Origin: Octopus vulgaris
Lineage: Eukaryota
DNA: 64,000 nucleotides
Direction of reading: 5' to 3'
Assembly: GCA_951406725.2 (NCBI GenBank)
Contig: OX597815.1
Coordinates: 55,428,001 to 55,492,000 of the forward strand
The first letter of the stretch is position 1, and each line of letters opens with the position of its first letter. The position numbers and the translations under genes were made by a program. Under the pieces are notes generated by a model. The model searched no databases, was not told the DNA's origin, and saw nothing but the letters and a program-made list of their open reading frames with translations. This document shows positions 1-12,624 of this stretch, in pieces.

Positions 1-600
1 ATTCTTATCTTGTTCCAGACTGTGCTGGTCACTGCATCATGCCTCACGGAAAGATAATATGTGGAAAATATTCTCTCGCAATCAGCAGTCTTGGTTTTGT
101 ACAAGCAACATTTGTTTTGTGTCAATATTTTCTACCTTTTATGCTGCAGGTACATGGTGGAGATCTCTTGTTCTTAAATTGCATGCAGGTAGCCTTCAAA
201 GTAGGATGTCATAAACTTGTTGGTACTCCATGCCAAGATTTCGATATAATTATCTCATTCTGTGGTTTGTGCCTTTTGTGCCAATTACCCATGCGCTATT
301 TCCTCAGTGAACTGGTCCATTTTTTTTTATCATTTTGTTCTTTTGATAACAGAATTTACCAATGCTTTTATGGGAAGGATCTATAACAGCTCTTATTTCA
401 TGCCTCTTCTCTAGTTCATTAGCTATTCCAGTTATGTTATTGATTTCACGGTCGCAAACTTGGGCAAGATAGTTACAGATTTCCCTCCTCTGCATGTGCA
501 TATATAATCCCGCTATAGGATGGTCATTGACTTTCTAGAGTTCATCCAATCTTTAACAGGATTTGCTTTTCCTTTCTCAAGATATTTAACAAAAAAATAT
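1..600 (-). mobile_element. Degenerate Dong/R4-like (REL-endonuclease) non-LTR retrotransposon fragment
   Basis: Minus strand reads ...FEGYLHAI*EQEIS... and ...YYLSVRHDAVTSTVW (post-RT and zinc-knuckle 'YxxRHDxV' region); contains stops; similar to 36476-36850; right boundary approximate. Confidence 0.5.
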
Positions 601-647
601 CTTGCTCACCAATCAGGCTAGATTGGCTTGTCGTTGACGGCTGTACG

Positions 648-810
648 TAGTATGGCCGAATGGTTAAGCGATTCACTTCAGAATTACGAAATATTAGGTT
701 CGATCAACTTGCGTGGAATCTTGAGAAAATGTCTTTTATTATAAGCCTCGGGTCGACATAGGCCTTCTAAATGAAACTAGGTAGATGGAAACTTTACGGA
801 AGCTGGTCAG
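648..810 (+). mobile_element. Degenerate tRNA-derived SINE head
   Basis: A-box-like TGGCCGAATGG and B-box-like GGTTCGATC about 45 bp apart; resembles the reverse complement of 17090-17228. Confidence 0.35.
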
Positions 811-1063
811 AACGACTGTAATTGTCAATTGAATGTCCAGAATCGTCAAAAGCTGTATCATATTAAATCTGCCTCAAGATTACACAGATCTGTTAAGGAT
901 GGACAAGTCTGTAGAATCCGCAGTCACATACACATTAATTCACTGAACAAGTAGTTTAGTTAGTCGAACAAATGGAAACTCACGGATAGAAGTCCTGAGA
1001 GAAAGCCATTTATTGATATGCAATGTCAGAAATTCGATAACCAAACACCTGCTATTGGTTAAA

Positions 1064-1125
1064 ACATACATAATACATACATACATACATACATACATAC
1101 ATACATACATACATACATACATACT
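1064..1125. repeat. (TACA)n microsatellite
   Basis: Direct tandem tetranucleotide. Confidence 0.95.
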
Positions 1126-1302
1126 TACATAGTAGGCTTACAAGTGTATCGTCCACAACATCTTTGCAATGGCTGTCTTCACGCCCACGTTTGGTCATCT
1201 GAACTTGTCACTACAAGAACACAAGTAGATGTTCGAACTCGCAAGTTAGTAAGTGTTAGAGGAGAATTCAACATCAATGGAGATGTAGATAGACAATACA
1301 TC

Positions 1303-1508
1303 TGTTATGTGTAGTTTGGGTTCTAATGGGATAGACAACCAAATGAAAACCATTGTTATTGTTTACGTGTTTATTGACTTTTCATGTTACACGGACTCGA
1401 CATTCAGCGTAGTAATACATTATATACTTTACACACAGTTTGTACTATTCACTACAAAATAGTGCCAAGAGTGGGGATGCACGTATACACAGATATGAAT
1501 GTGTAACA
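1303..1508 (-). repeat. 3' LTR of Gypsy copy 1
   Basis: Direct repeat of 5824-6029; adjacent PPT GAGAAGAAGGGA on minus strand (1509-1520). Confidence 0.95.
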
Positions 1509-1701
1509 TCCCTTCTTCTCGAAAAAAATATAAAGGGGTCTTTTGGCAGTGAAGACAATTATGAGTAGTCTCCCTTACTCTATGGATTGTCAGCCTGAGG
1601 TGGCAATCCTACAGCAGAAATCGTGAGATTATTCTGCCTCTGCTTTGTAGTCTAGCTGAATTAGTTACTTATCTTTGCATTTTCTTTCTTTTTTTTTTTC
1701 T

Positions 1702-4700
1702 TTAACGGTATCGAACCGGTGGCAGAATGTTCTTTCTCCATCTGGTGGATCTTGTGCTTAGCACCGGTGTCTGAGGTGTGTTGTTGGGCTGATGATATGT
1801 GGTTTGTGCCCGTTGGGGTGATGATTCTGTAGGTGTTGTCACCAATGCAGCAGGTGTTGTACACGTTTTCCTCGACAGCTCTGGTGTTGGGCGGATGTGG
1901 GCCCTGTTGCGTCTCAGCTGCCTACCAGATTCCGTTTCTATTATATACGATCTTGGAGTTTCAGCTCTACTGACAACCTTTGCTGGAATCCATGTTTTAG
2001 TTATGGGATCTTGAGTATGCACATGTTGTCCTCCAAGTATCTCAGGTAAATACTGTGCATGTTTGTTGTAATACCACTATGGTTGTTCTTGAGTGGCTGC
2101 TAGTTTTGCCCTTGTCTCTTCCTGGTCAATAGGAGGTTGGATCTTAGTTGGCAGGGTAGTTTTGTACTTCCTGCCATTCAGCAATTCTGCTGGGGATTTC
2201 ATATCAGCTCTCAGTGGTGTCGCTCGTAGGTACAGAAGTGCCAGGTGTGGGTCTTCCTTAGTCTCTCGGCATTTGACTAGTGTTCTCTTCACTGTCTGCA
2301 CCTGTCTTTCTATAAACCCATGGCCTTTGGGATAGTGTGGAGATGAAGTTGTAATATTGAACCCATACTCATCGGCTAGCTTTTTGAATTCTTGTGATGT
2401 GAACTGGGTTCCATTGTCACATATGATCTGCTCTGGTATTCCTTGCTCTGCTAGAAGTCCTCGAGCCACTGTGGTGATTGTTTTGGCTGTCAGGTCTTTC
2501 ACTTTTCTCACAAATGGAAATTTGAAGTAGTAGCAGGCCATTATCAAATACCATTCTTGGCCCCCTGTGAACAGATCTACTCCAAAAGTTTGCCATGGCC
2601 TTCTTGGGATGTCACTAGATATCATTTCCTCCTTTTGTTGTGAGTTTCTGTACTTTTGACAGATGTGGCATATAGAAACTGTCTTTTCTATGTCTTTGTA
2701 CATGCCTACCCAATATACTGCTGACTTCGCTCGGAGCTTGCATTTTTCCATTCCGAGATGCCCTTGGTGGATCTTGTCAAGAATCTCCTTTTGCATTGAC
2801 TTGGGTATAATTATTCGGGATCCATCCATCAGGATTCCATTCTCCACTGATATATCATCATGGATGGCTCAATATTCACGAATTAGGGGCTGCACCTGAT
2901 GTCTCTTTTCTGGCCACCCCTGAATCACCATCTGAGTAAGGAACTGAAGTTCTTCATCTTTGCTGGTCTCCTCTTTGATTTCCGCTAGCTTTGTGGTTGT
3001 CACATTTACAATGTGGTGGACCTTTATGCTTAGTCCTTCCATCTCCTGTTTATCATGTGAGGATAGTCTGGAAAGAGCATCCGCCAATATCATGTCTTTT
3101 CCTGGCTTGTACCTGATATCATAGTCAAATGTTTGAAGCCTTAACAGTAATCTTTGCAGTCTGGCTGGTGCTTTCATGAGGTGTTTTCTATGTATTTGTT
3201 CTAGCGGGCGATGGTCTGTTTCTATATTGAAATGTCTGCCATACAGGTATGTATGGAACTTTTCGCATCCATATACTACTGCCAGGAGTTCCCTTTCAAT
3301 ATTCGCGTACCTTGTCTCTGTGGGTGAGAGAGCTTTCGAGGCATATGTATCAGTGCTGCGCCAACTCCTCTCATAGAAGCATCGACTTGGAGTGTTACTG
3401 GTTTGCGTCTGTCATAGTATTGCAGAGTTGTCTCCTTACTGATGAGCTTTTTGATTGCGTTGAAATCCTGTGTGTGTGAAGCACACCAATGAAACTCTAC
3501 GTCATCTTTGTTTAGTTCTCGGAGATTTGCAGTGTGATCGGCCAGCTTGGGTATGAAGGCTCCCATGTAGTTGATGAGTCCCAGGAAGCTCCTGAGTTCC
3601 TTCCTGTCTTTAGGATCTTTAATGTCTCTGATGGCTTCCACTTTAGCGGGGTCTGGTTTAACTCCCTCTGCAGAGTATATAATTCCAAAGAATTTGCACT
3701 CCTTTTCCTCTATTATACACTTTTCTGCATTGAGTTTGATGCCTGCTTGTCGGGTTTTCTCCATAGCTTCATGTAAATTGAAGTCATGTGTGGTCTCATC
3801 CTTGCCATGCACTTGGATGTCATCTGCTATTCCAATTGCTCCCTTGCAGCCTTGGTATGTCTCATCTATTTGGCGCTGGAAAACATCTTGGCTCACCTTC
3901 AATCCAAATGGGAGTCGGTTGAACCGATATCTGCCAAATGGTGTGTTGAAGGTAGTGAGCATGGATGACTCTTTGTCTATTTTTATATTCCAGTACCCAT
4001 TACTGGCATCCAGTTTGCTGAATAATTTGGATCCAGCCAATGATGGTGTGATTTCTTCAAGGGTTGGAATTGGATGGTACTCCCTTTTTAATGCCTTGTT
4101 GAAGTTCCTTGGGTCGAGGCATATCCGTAGGGTACCATTGAGTTTTTCCTTGATCACAATTGAATTTACCCAGTCTGTTGGTCGTGTCACTTTGGTGATT
4201 ATTTCCTTTTTTTCCATTTTGTCAAAGTCTGTCTTCAGCTTCTCTTTTATTTCTAGAGGGACGCGGCGAGGTGGGTGAACAATTGGTTTGATATTGTGGT
4301 CGACTGTTATATGGTATCGGCATTTCACAAAGCACCCGACTGTATCGTCAAAGCATTCAGGGTACAGTTCCTCTTTGTTTGTGATTTGTGGTCGATCTTT
4401 GATAGGCATATCACTGTCAATCCTGCTTGGCGCTGCTTTCACTTCAGCATTGATTGATACAATATTTAGCTTTTTGCAGGTATTGAGTCCAAGAATTGCT
4501 GGCCCTTCTGTTCTTGTGACATAAAAAGAACACTTAATTATTTTTCCTTTGTGTGTCCCTGTGATAGTTGTTTTACCCAGTTGTGGGATCCTGGTTCCTC
4601 CGTACGCAGTGAGGATTACATCACTTGGTGTGAGGATTCCTTGTGTAACTTTATCCTCTTTTGTTATGTGTTCTGGGAACATCTTTTTGTAGAGGTTGAC

Positions 4701-5700
4701 AGGTAAGATATTACTCTGGGCTCCAGTGTCAATCTTTATCCTTAAGTCTATGTTTGTTCGTTTCCTGCCAGACTTCTTCTGTATTCTTATTGTCGTGTAC
4801 GCCTCATTTTCTTTCTTCCGGTCGTCTTTTCTCATCTCATGCACATTTATTGTGCCGACTGCCAAGAATTCCTCCTCTGAGGTGTTTTGTTCCTGTTGTT
4901 GTGCATGTATATCTCTTCTATTTCCGCTCCTCTTTGAAAATTGGGGCTTGTATCTCTGGGATTTTGTTACCCTACACATTTCCCCCCAGTGGTTAAGTTT
5001 TCCACATGCTTTGCAGTGTATACCGAATGCTGGACATTTTTTCCGGTTATTAGATTCATGCTCTGTACCACAGTACTGGCATGTTCTTTGTTTGTGGGTA
5101 TGTGTCCTGTGCCTAGATACAGTATCTACACTGCTATCAAGTGAGCTTGTTTGTAAGCTAAGTGAGGCCATTTGTTTGGTAGTGGCTTCGAATGCTCTTG
5201 CAGTGTCTACTGCCTCTACCAACTGGAGAGCGTCCTTACCTATTAGTGATTTTTGTACTTCTTTGTGGGCACACCCCCATATTAATTGGTCTACAATTCT
5301 CTCCTCCGTCTTTGAATTTGCATTTCTCTGCAACATTTTTCATTCTTGACAGGAAATTGTCAATTGTTTCTTGTGGGTCTTGTTTCAGGCCCTGGAATTC
5401 GTATCTGTGAATTCTATGGTTCGACCTAGGCTCTAGGTGCCTTTCAAATTTCTCAAGAAGTGTGTCTGGGTTATTGCAGTCCGATTCTGACATATTCCAG
5501 CTATTGAATAGGTCTATTCCTTTATTACCTGACCATAAAAGGATATAGCTTACCTTCTCATCGTCAGTTGTGCCTTTCAGGAAACTTTTGAAAGCTAGAT
5601 GAGTTTTTTGTTTGAATTTTTTAAATGCTTCTACGACATCACTAGAATCCCAGTTCATAATCGGATGTAGATTCCTCTGTACGGCGACGGGGGTCGCCAT
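1702..5700 (-). pseudogene. Frameshifted gag-pol of Gypsy copy 1
   Basis: ORF pieces 5236-5700 (gag), 3276-5336 (CCHC knuckles, KIDTGAQSN protease, RT LDASNGYW/IADDI), 2869-3177, 2077-2847 (integrase HHCC, DNGTQF), 1702-2022. Confidence 0.92.
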
Positions 5701-5810
5701 CTTGGATCGTCGTGTTTGTTGTCCTAAGACGAAGCGATGTTTTGTTTGTTAATTCCTCGTTTGTTGTGTTTCTGTTTCGTTGTAAAGGCACAGTTTTCGA
5801 TTAATTATTT

Positions 5811-5823
5811 ACCGCTGCCACCA
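5811..5823 (-). promoter_or_regulatory. Primer binding site, tRNA-Leu-like (TGGTGGCAGCGGT)
   Basis: Immediately follows the 5' LTR; complementary to a tRNA-Leu 3' end; same PBS in copies 2 and 3. Confidence 0.8.
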
Positions 5824-6029
5824 TGTTGTGTGTAGTTTGGGTTCTAATGGGATAGACAACCAAATGAAAACCATTGTTATTGTTTACGCGTTTATTGACT
5901 TTTCATGTTACACGGACTCGACATTCAGCGTAGTAATACATTATATACTTTACACACAGTTTGTACTATTCACTACAAAATAGTGCCAAGAGTGGGGATG
6001 CACGTATACACAGATATGAATGTGTAACA
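5824..6029 (-). repeat. 5' LTR of Gypsy copy 1
   Basis: Direct repeat of 1303-1508. Confidence 0.95.
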
Positions 6030-6064
6030 ACATCCCACACAAGAACGGTTGTTTCAGTCTCAAA

Positions 6065-6486
6065 TCTGTATTGATTCCAGCAGACATGCCTTTGAGTTGA
6101 AGAGACTTCAATTTCCATTACGAGTTAGTTTTGCAATTTCAGTTAATAAGAGTCAAGGACTGTGACTTCATCTCACGCAGCAATGCTTTTCCCGTGGTCA
6201 GCTCTATGCTGGTTGTTCCAGAGTTGGAAATGACAACAATCTCTTCATACTCACACCAAATGGTAAAACAAAGAATATTGTTTATCCTGCTACTTTACAG
6301 TGATCTTCATATGTTACAGTGATACAAAATTCTCCAAATGCGATACTCTGTGATATAAATCTGAGATGGTAGGATATCAATAAATGGTTTATTATTATTT
6401 TCTTCTTTAGTTTTGGGCCACAGGCCCAATTAAACCTCCACAGGAGCTAGCTTAAAAGTCTGCACTACGTGCGGTTTTTAAGCTAG
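6065..6486 (+). mobile_element. Helitron 3' remnant (PIF1-type helicase C-terminus plus 3' terminus)
   Basis: Reads LIPADMP/LKRLQFPLRVSFAISVNKSQG and QCFSRGQLYAGCSRV...GKTKNIVYP; terminal hairpin GCAC-TAC-GTGC followed by CTAG|T at 6483-6487. Confidence 0.8.
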
Positions 6487-6487
6487 T

Positions 6488-6508
6488 TTGTGTGTGTGTT
6501 GTGTGTGT

Positions 6509-6541
<33 letters not shown>

Positions 6542-6594
6542 TGCGTGTGTGTGTGTGTGTGCGTGTGTGTGTGTGTGTGTGCGTGTGTGTGTGT
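6488..6594. repeat. (TG)n/(CG)n compound microsatellite
   Basis: Direct tandem dinucleotides. Confidence 0.95.
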
Positions 6595-7150
6595 AAAAGA
6601 AGAGTGTATAATTGTGAATAAATCACAATTATAACGGAGAGGGTTTTAAAAACCATTGCATGTCTAGAAAAAGCGGTCAAAATCGCTATAAAGCCACTAT
6701 AACCACACATATTATATCTCCTCAACTACAAAAGCTGTCGGCGAGCTACATGACAGAATTTAAATAAAAAATAAATGGTTAGTCCTCTATTGCAATTTCG
6801 GAGTTAGGAACTAAAAGTGGGTTCATTCTTCTCATCAGGAGAACATTCCTGTACATAGAAATTAACACAAAAAACATACCGTGGGGCTTAACATGTGTTC
6901 CGACCGGCAAGAATAATGTCAACGTCTAACTACTCAATTCAAATTCTGAATTCAAACGTCATGCACAGCATTTATAAGAAGAGAGTAGTTAAACGAGCCA
7001 TGGCGAAAAACTGGATATGAGTGAAAAATAAATAATAAAAGAGGAATTAATGTAAAAATACATTACGCAGGATATATCGTAACCAATTCAAAATTATTTA
7101 CGAATATATCAGTGGCCAGAAGATGCAATAAAAAAATTTCATGTCGCTCG

Positions 7151-7838
7151 CCGGGTCATTCCATAAATAATGCAGTTTGTTTATACGTTTATTTTTCAAA
7201 ATTAAGATAAGCAAATTTGTTTTTTAATTCAAAATATACTCTCTTCATTTTCTACAATGCTCTTCCATCTAACTGGTAGACTTTCAAGGCCCCTCTTCCA
7301 AAATTCACTTGTCTATGACGAAAAGTACTCTTCCAGTACTGTTCTAACCTCGTCTACAGAATTAATATTTTTTCTGTTCAAATGATTTTGAAGACTGCGA
7401 ATTATCAGATGGGCAATATCCGGCGAATATGGTGGGTGGGGCCTCGTTTCCCATTCAAACTGCTCCAACCTATGGTCGCGCATTATCCTTCTTGGCTGTA
7501 GTTTCCGGCTTTGAATTTCTGGAACCACTGTTGACACTGGCTTACGCTTATTGTCTTATCCCCATATACTGCATTAATATTCCTCGTTGCATTGTTGCCT
7601 TTATTGCATTTTTACCTTTATTGAACTCATAATGCAAAATATGCTGAATATGCTCCTTTGTCACTTCCATTATAGCTTTGAAAAATAACTGCACTCTTCA
7701 AAACTTGCACTAAGAATAAGTGCAAGGTAAAATTACGACCTGCTTTTATACCAAGTTGATGCAGGTAGTTTATCCCGTCTCACTCCGACTTTTAGTTCAT
7801 GCAATTGAAAAAACCGCATTATTTATAGGATGATCCAA
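7151..7838 (-). mobile_element. Internally deleted mariner transposon
   Basis: Imperfect TIRs GGGTCATTCCATAAATAATGC / GCATTATTTATAGGATGATCC, right end followed by TA; ORF 7313-7537 has HPPYSPDIA (mariner YSPDLAP motif). Confidence 0.85.
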
Positions 7839-8873
7839 TATATCTATGTCAATCCAGATGGGAGGAAGGATATTTTTGCTTGTTCCCAGCAGGTGTTTGT
7901 TACCAGTTGTTTGTCGCTAGAAAATTTAGTGTGCCGGTCATTTTTTTCCACAAGCGGAGGTCAGTCCTCGAGCTTTTTGGTGCTACTAAAAGGCAGTGGG
8001 CCTTATGTTCATATTGGGAAGGCTCGGATAAAGGTAATTACAAGGTCATAAAATTGTGAGCTGCTAAATCTGAACGCATGGCTGTAAATATCTATTGATT
8101 CGAACTAGAATAAAGAACTGGACCCTACTAAAGGGATTTTTCAATTTTTTTTTCTTCGCCATTGCAAATGATGGGGGGAAACTTTCAATGAAAATTTTTC
8201 TGAAAATCTACGAGTCCCCGCTTCCTATCTTCCAGACCTATTTTATCTCTTTCTTTTTTTACACTTAAAAGCAATGGGAGACGCCTTTTAGATAGAAAAA
8301 ACGATAAACTTTGAAAATTTATGAATTATATTTTGAAGCCCATATCTTAACTTTTCTTTTATTTGTCGGAGACGCCTTTTAGGAAGAAAAAAATTTTTTT
8401 TGAAAATTTATGAATTATTTTCAATCCCATCCCTCAGCAATTCTTTTTTCTGTACTGCGCACTTGAAGGTTTAAAAAAAATGATTTGAAATGGATTACCA
8501 ATTCAATTCTCACTTCCTTTATTTTCAAACAGAAAATGAACAATAGTGAAATGTTTTCAATTTATTTTTTGTATTTATCCCGCTCCTCCATAAAAGCTTT
8601 AAAATATGGACAGTTCAAATCTGCAATTTATTTCTGTTTATCAGATGAAAAAGTGTGTGATTTTAGGGAAGTTTGGCTGCTGTTTCTAGCACATCCCACG
8701 ACCACCTGTCAGGTACCTTCCTAGTTTCTTTGTCACTCATTAATGTTTTTCGATATTGTTTTCCTTATAAATACATTTTATAGAATGATGATGTGGTGGT
8801 CAATTGCTGAAATTAAACGACAAAAAAATCTGGAATTCAAATCTTTAACTCCCAACCCGCACCAGGTGAGTTC

Positions 8874-8953
<80 letters not shown>

Positions 8954-8957
8954 GAGA
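8874..8957. repeat. (TG)n(AG)n microsatellite
   Basis: Direct tandem dinucleotides. Confidence 0.95.
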
Positions 8958-9036
8958 TTAATGTTTACAATAATACCCGGAAACGAAATAAAAAAAAATA
9001 GTGCAACGGTTGTAAAAAGAATGTGTAGGGAACGAT

Positions 9037-9468
9037 TCTCTCTATATATAAACGGCAGTTTGTCTGTCTGTGTGTCTGTCAGGTTGTACCCTCACCCTGA
9101 CCACGGCTTTCAACCGATTCTGATGAAACTTGACACACACATAGCCCAATGTCATAATTCAAAACTAACGCAGCGAAAACTTTGAAAAGTTCCCCCAGTT
9201 CTGAAAAAGATCGATAAATTCGACATGGGGTCGAGAATCTAAGCTTTTTATATGCAACACATTTTCTGTCTAGGGGACACAACTCGACCTTTTTATCGCC
9301 CAAAGGGACAGCTAGGAACATCGTATACACAGAAGTATTCGAGTGAAGAGAAGATATTGCAACCTGCACATGCGCCTTCGTTCCCAAGAGGGAAAGGACT
9401 AGATTGGGATTAGTCGTTGCCTACTAGGGGCTCTTACATACCCGGGCAATGCCGGGCTATGCTGCTAG
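9037..9468 (+). mobile_element. Non-autonomous Helitron
   Basis: 5' TCTCTCTATATATAAAC; 3' GC hairpin CCCGGGCAATGCCGGG then CTAG|T; second copy inverted at 60765-61577. Confidence 0.8.
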
Positions 9469-9709
9469 TATGAAATAAATGCGCAAAAAGCAAATGAGGG
9501 CGGTAGAGGACTGCGGAAAATTCGCAAGATCCGGGGGTTTTTTTAATGAAATTTTTATATAAATACCTTTCATACATTATGATTATAAAGAAATTTGTGG
9601 ATAAAATCTTTTCCGAAAGGTGAGGAGAAGACTTCGAAAAATTCACAAGATCCGAGGTTTTCGCCCATAACATTGAGGAAAATAAATATCTTTTAATGAA
9701 ATTGTATAT

Positions 9710-10178
9710 AAATACCTTTCAAACACATGTACTATGAATGCCTAATGTGCAGTAACCCCGCCCCCTTCTTTTTTGTTCGGAAAAAAAAAAGGCGGGGCAC
9801 CCCAATAAAAGCGTTTTTGAAGATGAGGTGCGAAACTGCATTAGCCCCTTTTCTTTAACAATATTTTCAGATAACAGTTTGAAGAAATACATTTTCTAGA
9901 GTGTGGATTAGATTGAAAATTCAAAGTTTGAAAAGAATAATAAGTGAAAATGCTGAAGTTACAAAAAATTAGTGGTAACGAAGTCTGAACAGGAGAAAGA
10001 ATGACACAAAATCCTTACAAAAACCACGTTAGTCTAGGTTACCGTAATTCATTCATCGAAAAAAAGAAATACATTTTCCAGTAATTCCGGTTTCTCCCCC
10101 ACCCTTTTTTTCCGAACAAAAAATAAGGTGTTTGCGGCACATTAGGCATCCGTAATGCATGCCATTTGAAAGGTGTAT
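9710..10178. mobile_element. MITE/foldback-like element with long imperfect inverted ends
   Basis: ATGCCTAATGTGC...TTTTTTGTTCGGAAAAAA mirrors TTTTTTCCGAACAAAAAA...GCACATTAGGCAT; related sequence at 47600-48030 and 50380-50650. Confidence 0.5.
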
Positions 10179-10341
10179 ATATATATATATATATATATAT
10201 GCAAATTGAGATAGGGGCTGTAAATGCAACCCTCTATGGGATAACGTATATCCAATATACTTACTATATTAGGTTTATCTTTATGCCTTCCTTAATTTGT
10301 ATCCCATTTCATTTATCTATTTATCTATACGTGGATATGTG

Positions 10342-10345
<4 letters not shown>

Positions 10346-10428
<83 letters not shown>
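10346..10428. repeat. (TA)n(TG)n microsatellite
   Basis: Direct tandem dinucleotides. Confidence 0.95.
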
Positions 10429-10430
<2 letters not shown>

Positions 10431-11544
10431 TCATATTTATTTATTCAATTATTTATTTTTGTTTATTTGGAACTTACTAATCTATAATTAATTTAACTTA
10501 TAATTAATAAACTTATTCTAAATTAATAGTAACCTCTGTAGGTGTGTGAAAATGTGTATGTGTAAGTATATATGGTTTTGTACATATAGGTAGGATCGTG
10601 GGTGGATGTACGGATGTATGTTTTTATCACACATATAGGAACGCAGGTGCGTGCTTGGATGTGTATATATTCATTCATGGGTAGATATAAATATGGGTTT
10701 TATTTGTACGTATGAGTGCGCAGATATATATTTAAATATATATATATATGTGTGAGTGCGAAAGTTCCCTGACACAGTATAGGAAAGTGTATTAATATTT
10801 ATGCGTATATGCGGATGTGCGTGTGAGTGTGTGTGTTAGTGTTAGACACTGCTGCTGGTACTGATATGTCTATAAGCAACACGATGACAGACATGCACTC
10901 TCCAATTTATTGTAGTGAGGTGTCGGGGTGTATTCATGTGTGTGTACATGTGTGTGTGAGTCTCTGTGTAGATGTATGGGTTTAGATGTGGATGTGTATG
11001 TTTTGCTTGTACGGTGTGGTGGAGGTCGGGCGGTTCTCAATTGACCAACCGTGAGGAAGATAATGATAATTTTAAATTCAAATCCAATAGTATATTTATG
11101 CCATAAGGAAAATTATTAACTGCAACACGGATATACATATATTCTGCTCTGGTTCATAATGTAAGAGTTATTAATAATATTATGAATGATAACAATGATA
11201 ACATTAATTGTATTGACAACGATAATGATACTAACTTTAATGACACTTTGGAAACTATTATGAAGTAATATAATGTACTATTGACTATGTATATTTACAT
11301 CTAGGTATTAATTTGTATATGTTTATTATCACAATATTAAGTCGTAAAACTGAGACATTGGGTGTGGAACACATATATGTTTACTAATTTATATTATTTA
11401 TTTATATCATTATGTAAATGTATATTTTTCTTTTTATATGTATAGGAGTGCGAGTATATGCACTCATATGTATATATATATGTTGTATTGTGGGTACGCA
11501 CCCACGCCCATGTGGGTATATGTGTAGACTGTGTTATATTACAT

Positions 11545-11672
11545 AATCTCCGAAGAGGCCTTGTGATATTTTTGTTAATGTCTCATTTATATCTATATAT
11601 TGACCAACCATAAAGGGCTAATATTGGTAAAATGAGACATAATTATCGACATGGCCGAAACAGCTGTAAGAT
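11545..11672 (+). ncRNA. Degenerate minimal hammerhead-ribozyme motif (Penelope pLTR-like)
   Basis: ATCT-CCGAAGA-GGCC-(~92 nt)-GGCC-GAAA-CAGCT-GTA-AGAT; core CUGA is mutated to CCGA. Confidence 0.5.
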
Positions 11673-11915
11673 CTAATTCATACTTATATTTATATTTACT
11701 TGTATTTATATTCTTTTTTATATATATTCTAATTATTATACAACATTACTCTTTTATGTACACTTTTTAATGTACATTCCTTTATGTACACTGATTTGTT
11801 CTGCTTTTTATATTTAACCCTACAGTCTCTTATGTGGTGGTCTAATAAAGTATGTGATTGAGTATTATCTGGTAATTGATATTTGATTTAGATGTATTTC
11901 TCCATTTTCTTATCT

Positions 11916-11953
<38 letters not shown>

Positions 11954-12108
11954 AAAATGGAGGAACAAATTCATTTCGATCATCAACTTACGGATATTAC
12001 AATTTCATATTATTTATCAATTATACAAATAGGAACATGAAAGTCGAACAGAACAATATACATCAATATGCAAATTATAATAAAATTAAAATAATACAAA
12101 TAAACTGC

Positions 12109-12240
12109 TCCTTACAGCTGTTTCAACCTATGGTCAAGAGACAATCCAACTTAAATTGCCCATATATGCCATTGTAGTATAGTCTTAAGCATTAAAGATT
12201 TTATTTGACTGTTTAAATAACCAAAGGCCTCGTCAGAGAA
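12109..12240 (-). ncRNA. Minimal hammerhead-ribozyme motif (Penelope pLTR-like)
   Basis: Minus strand TTCT-CTGACGA-GGCC-(~97 nt)-GGTT-GAAA-CAGCT-GTA-AGGA; intact CUGAnGA, GAAA and GUA core. Confidence 0.6.
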
Positions 12241-12366
12241 TATACATAACTATAAAATTATAATAATAATATTGATATATAAAAAACATGCTTCCCATAC
12301 TATCCAATAAGAACACGAAAATAAATAAGACAGATACTCAAAATACACGCGCACACACACACACGC

Positions 12367-12424
<58 letters not shown>

Positions 12425-12537
12425 AATATACAAATATACATACATATACACACATAGGAAAATTGTACATATTAATCACATGTGCAAAAAACATAAAGAA
12501 CAACAATGAACAGTATATCACATTACATTGGATTATC

Positions 12538-12575
<38 letters not shown>

Positions 12576-12624
12576 TGTGTACAGTGCTCAGGTGCACTAC
12601 AACTCATCTAAAGTGTATATATAA

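Larger units (their letters stand above)
1303..6029 (-). mobile_element. Full-length Ty3/Gypsy (Mag-like) LTR retrotransposon, copy 1
   Basis: 206-bp TG...CA LTRs at 1303-1508 and 5824-6029 (2 differences seen); 5-bp TSD ACATC (1298-1302, 6030-6034); PBS and PPT present; gag with two CCHC knuckles, then PR, RT, RNaseH, IN. Confidence 0.97.

Noticed and set aside
5236-5336. Overlap of gag ORF 5236-5700 and ORF 3276-5336 as a programmed gag-pol frameshift
   Set aside because: Copy 2 reads straight through this region (KCKFKDKDERIVDQLIWG), so the shift in copy 1 is a small deletion.
3571-5349. Long plus-strand ORFs 3571-4278 and 4696-5349 as antisense genes
   Set aside because: Shadow ORFs of gag-pol with no recognisable domains; the RT-antisense frame is broken in copy 2.
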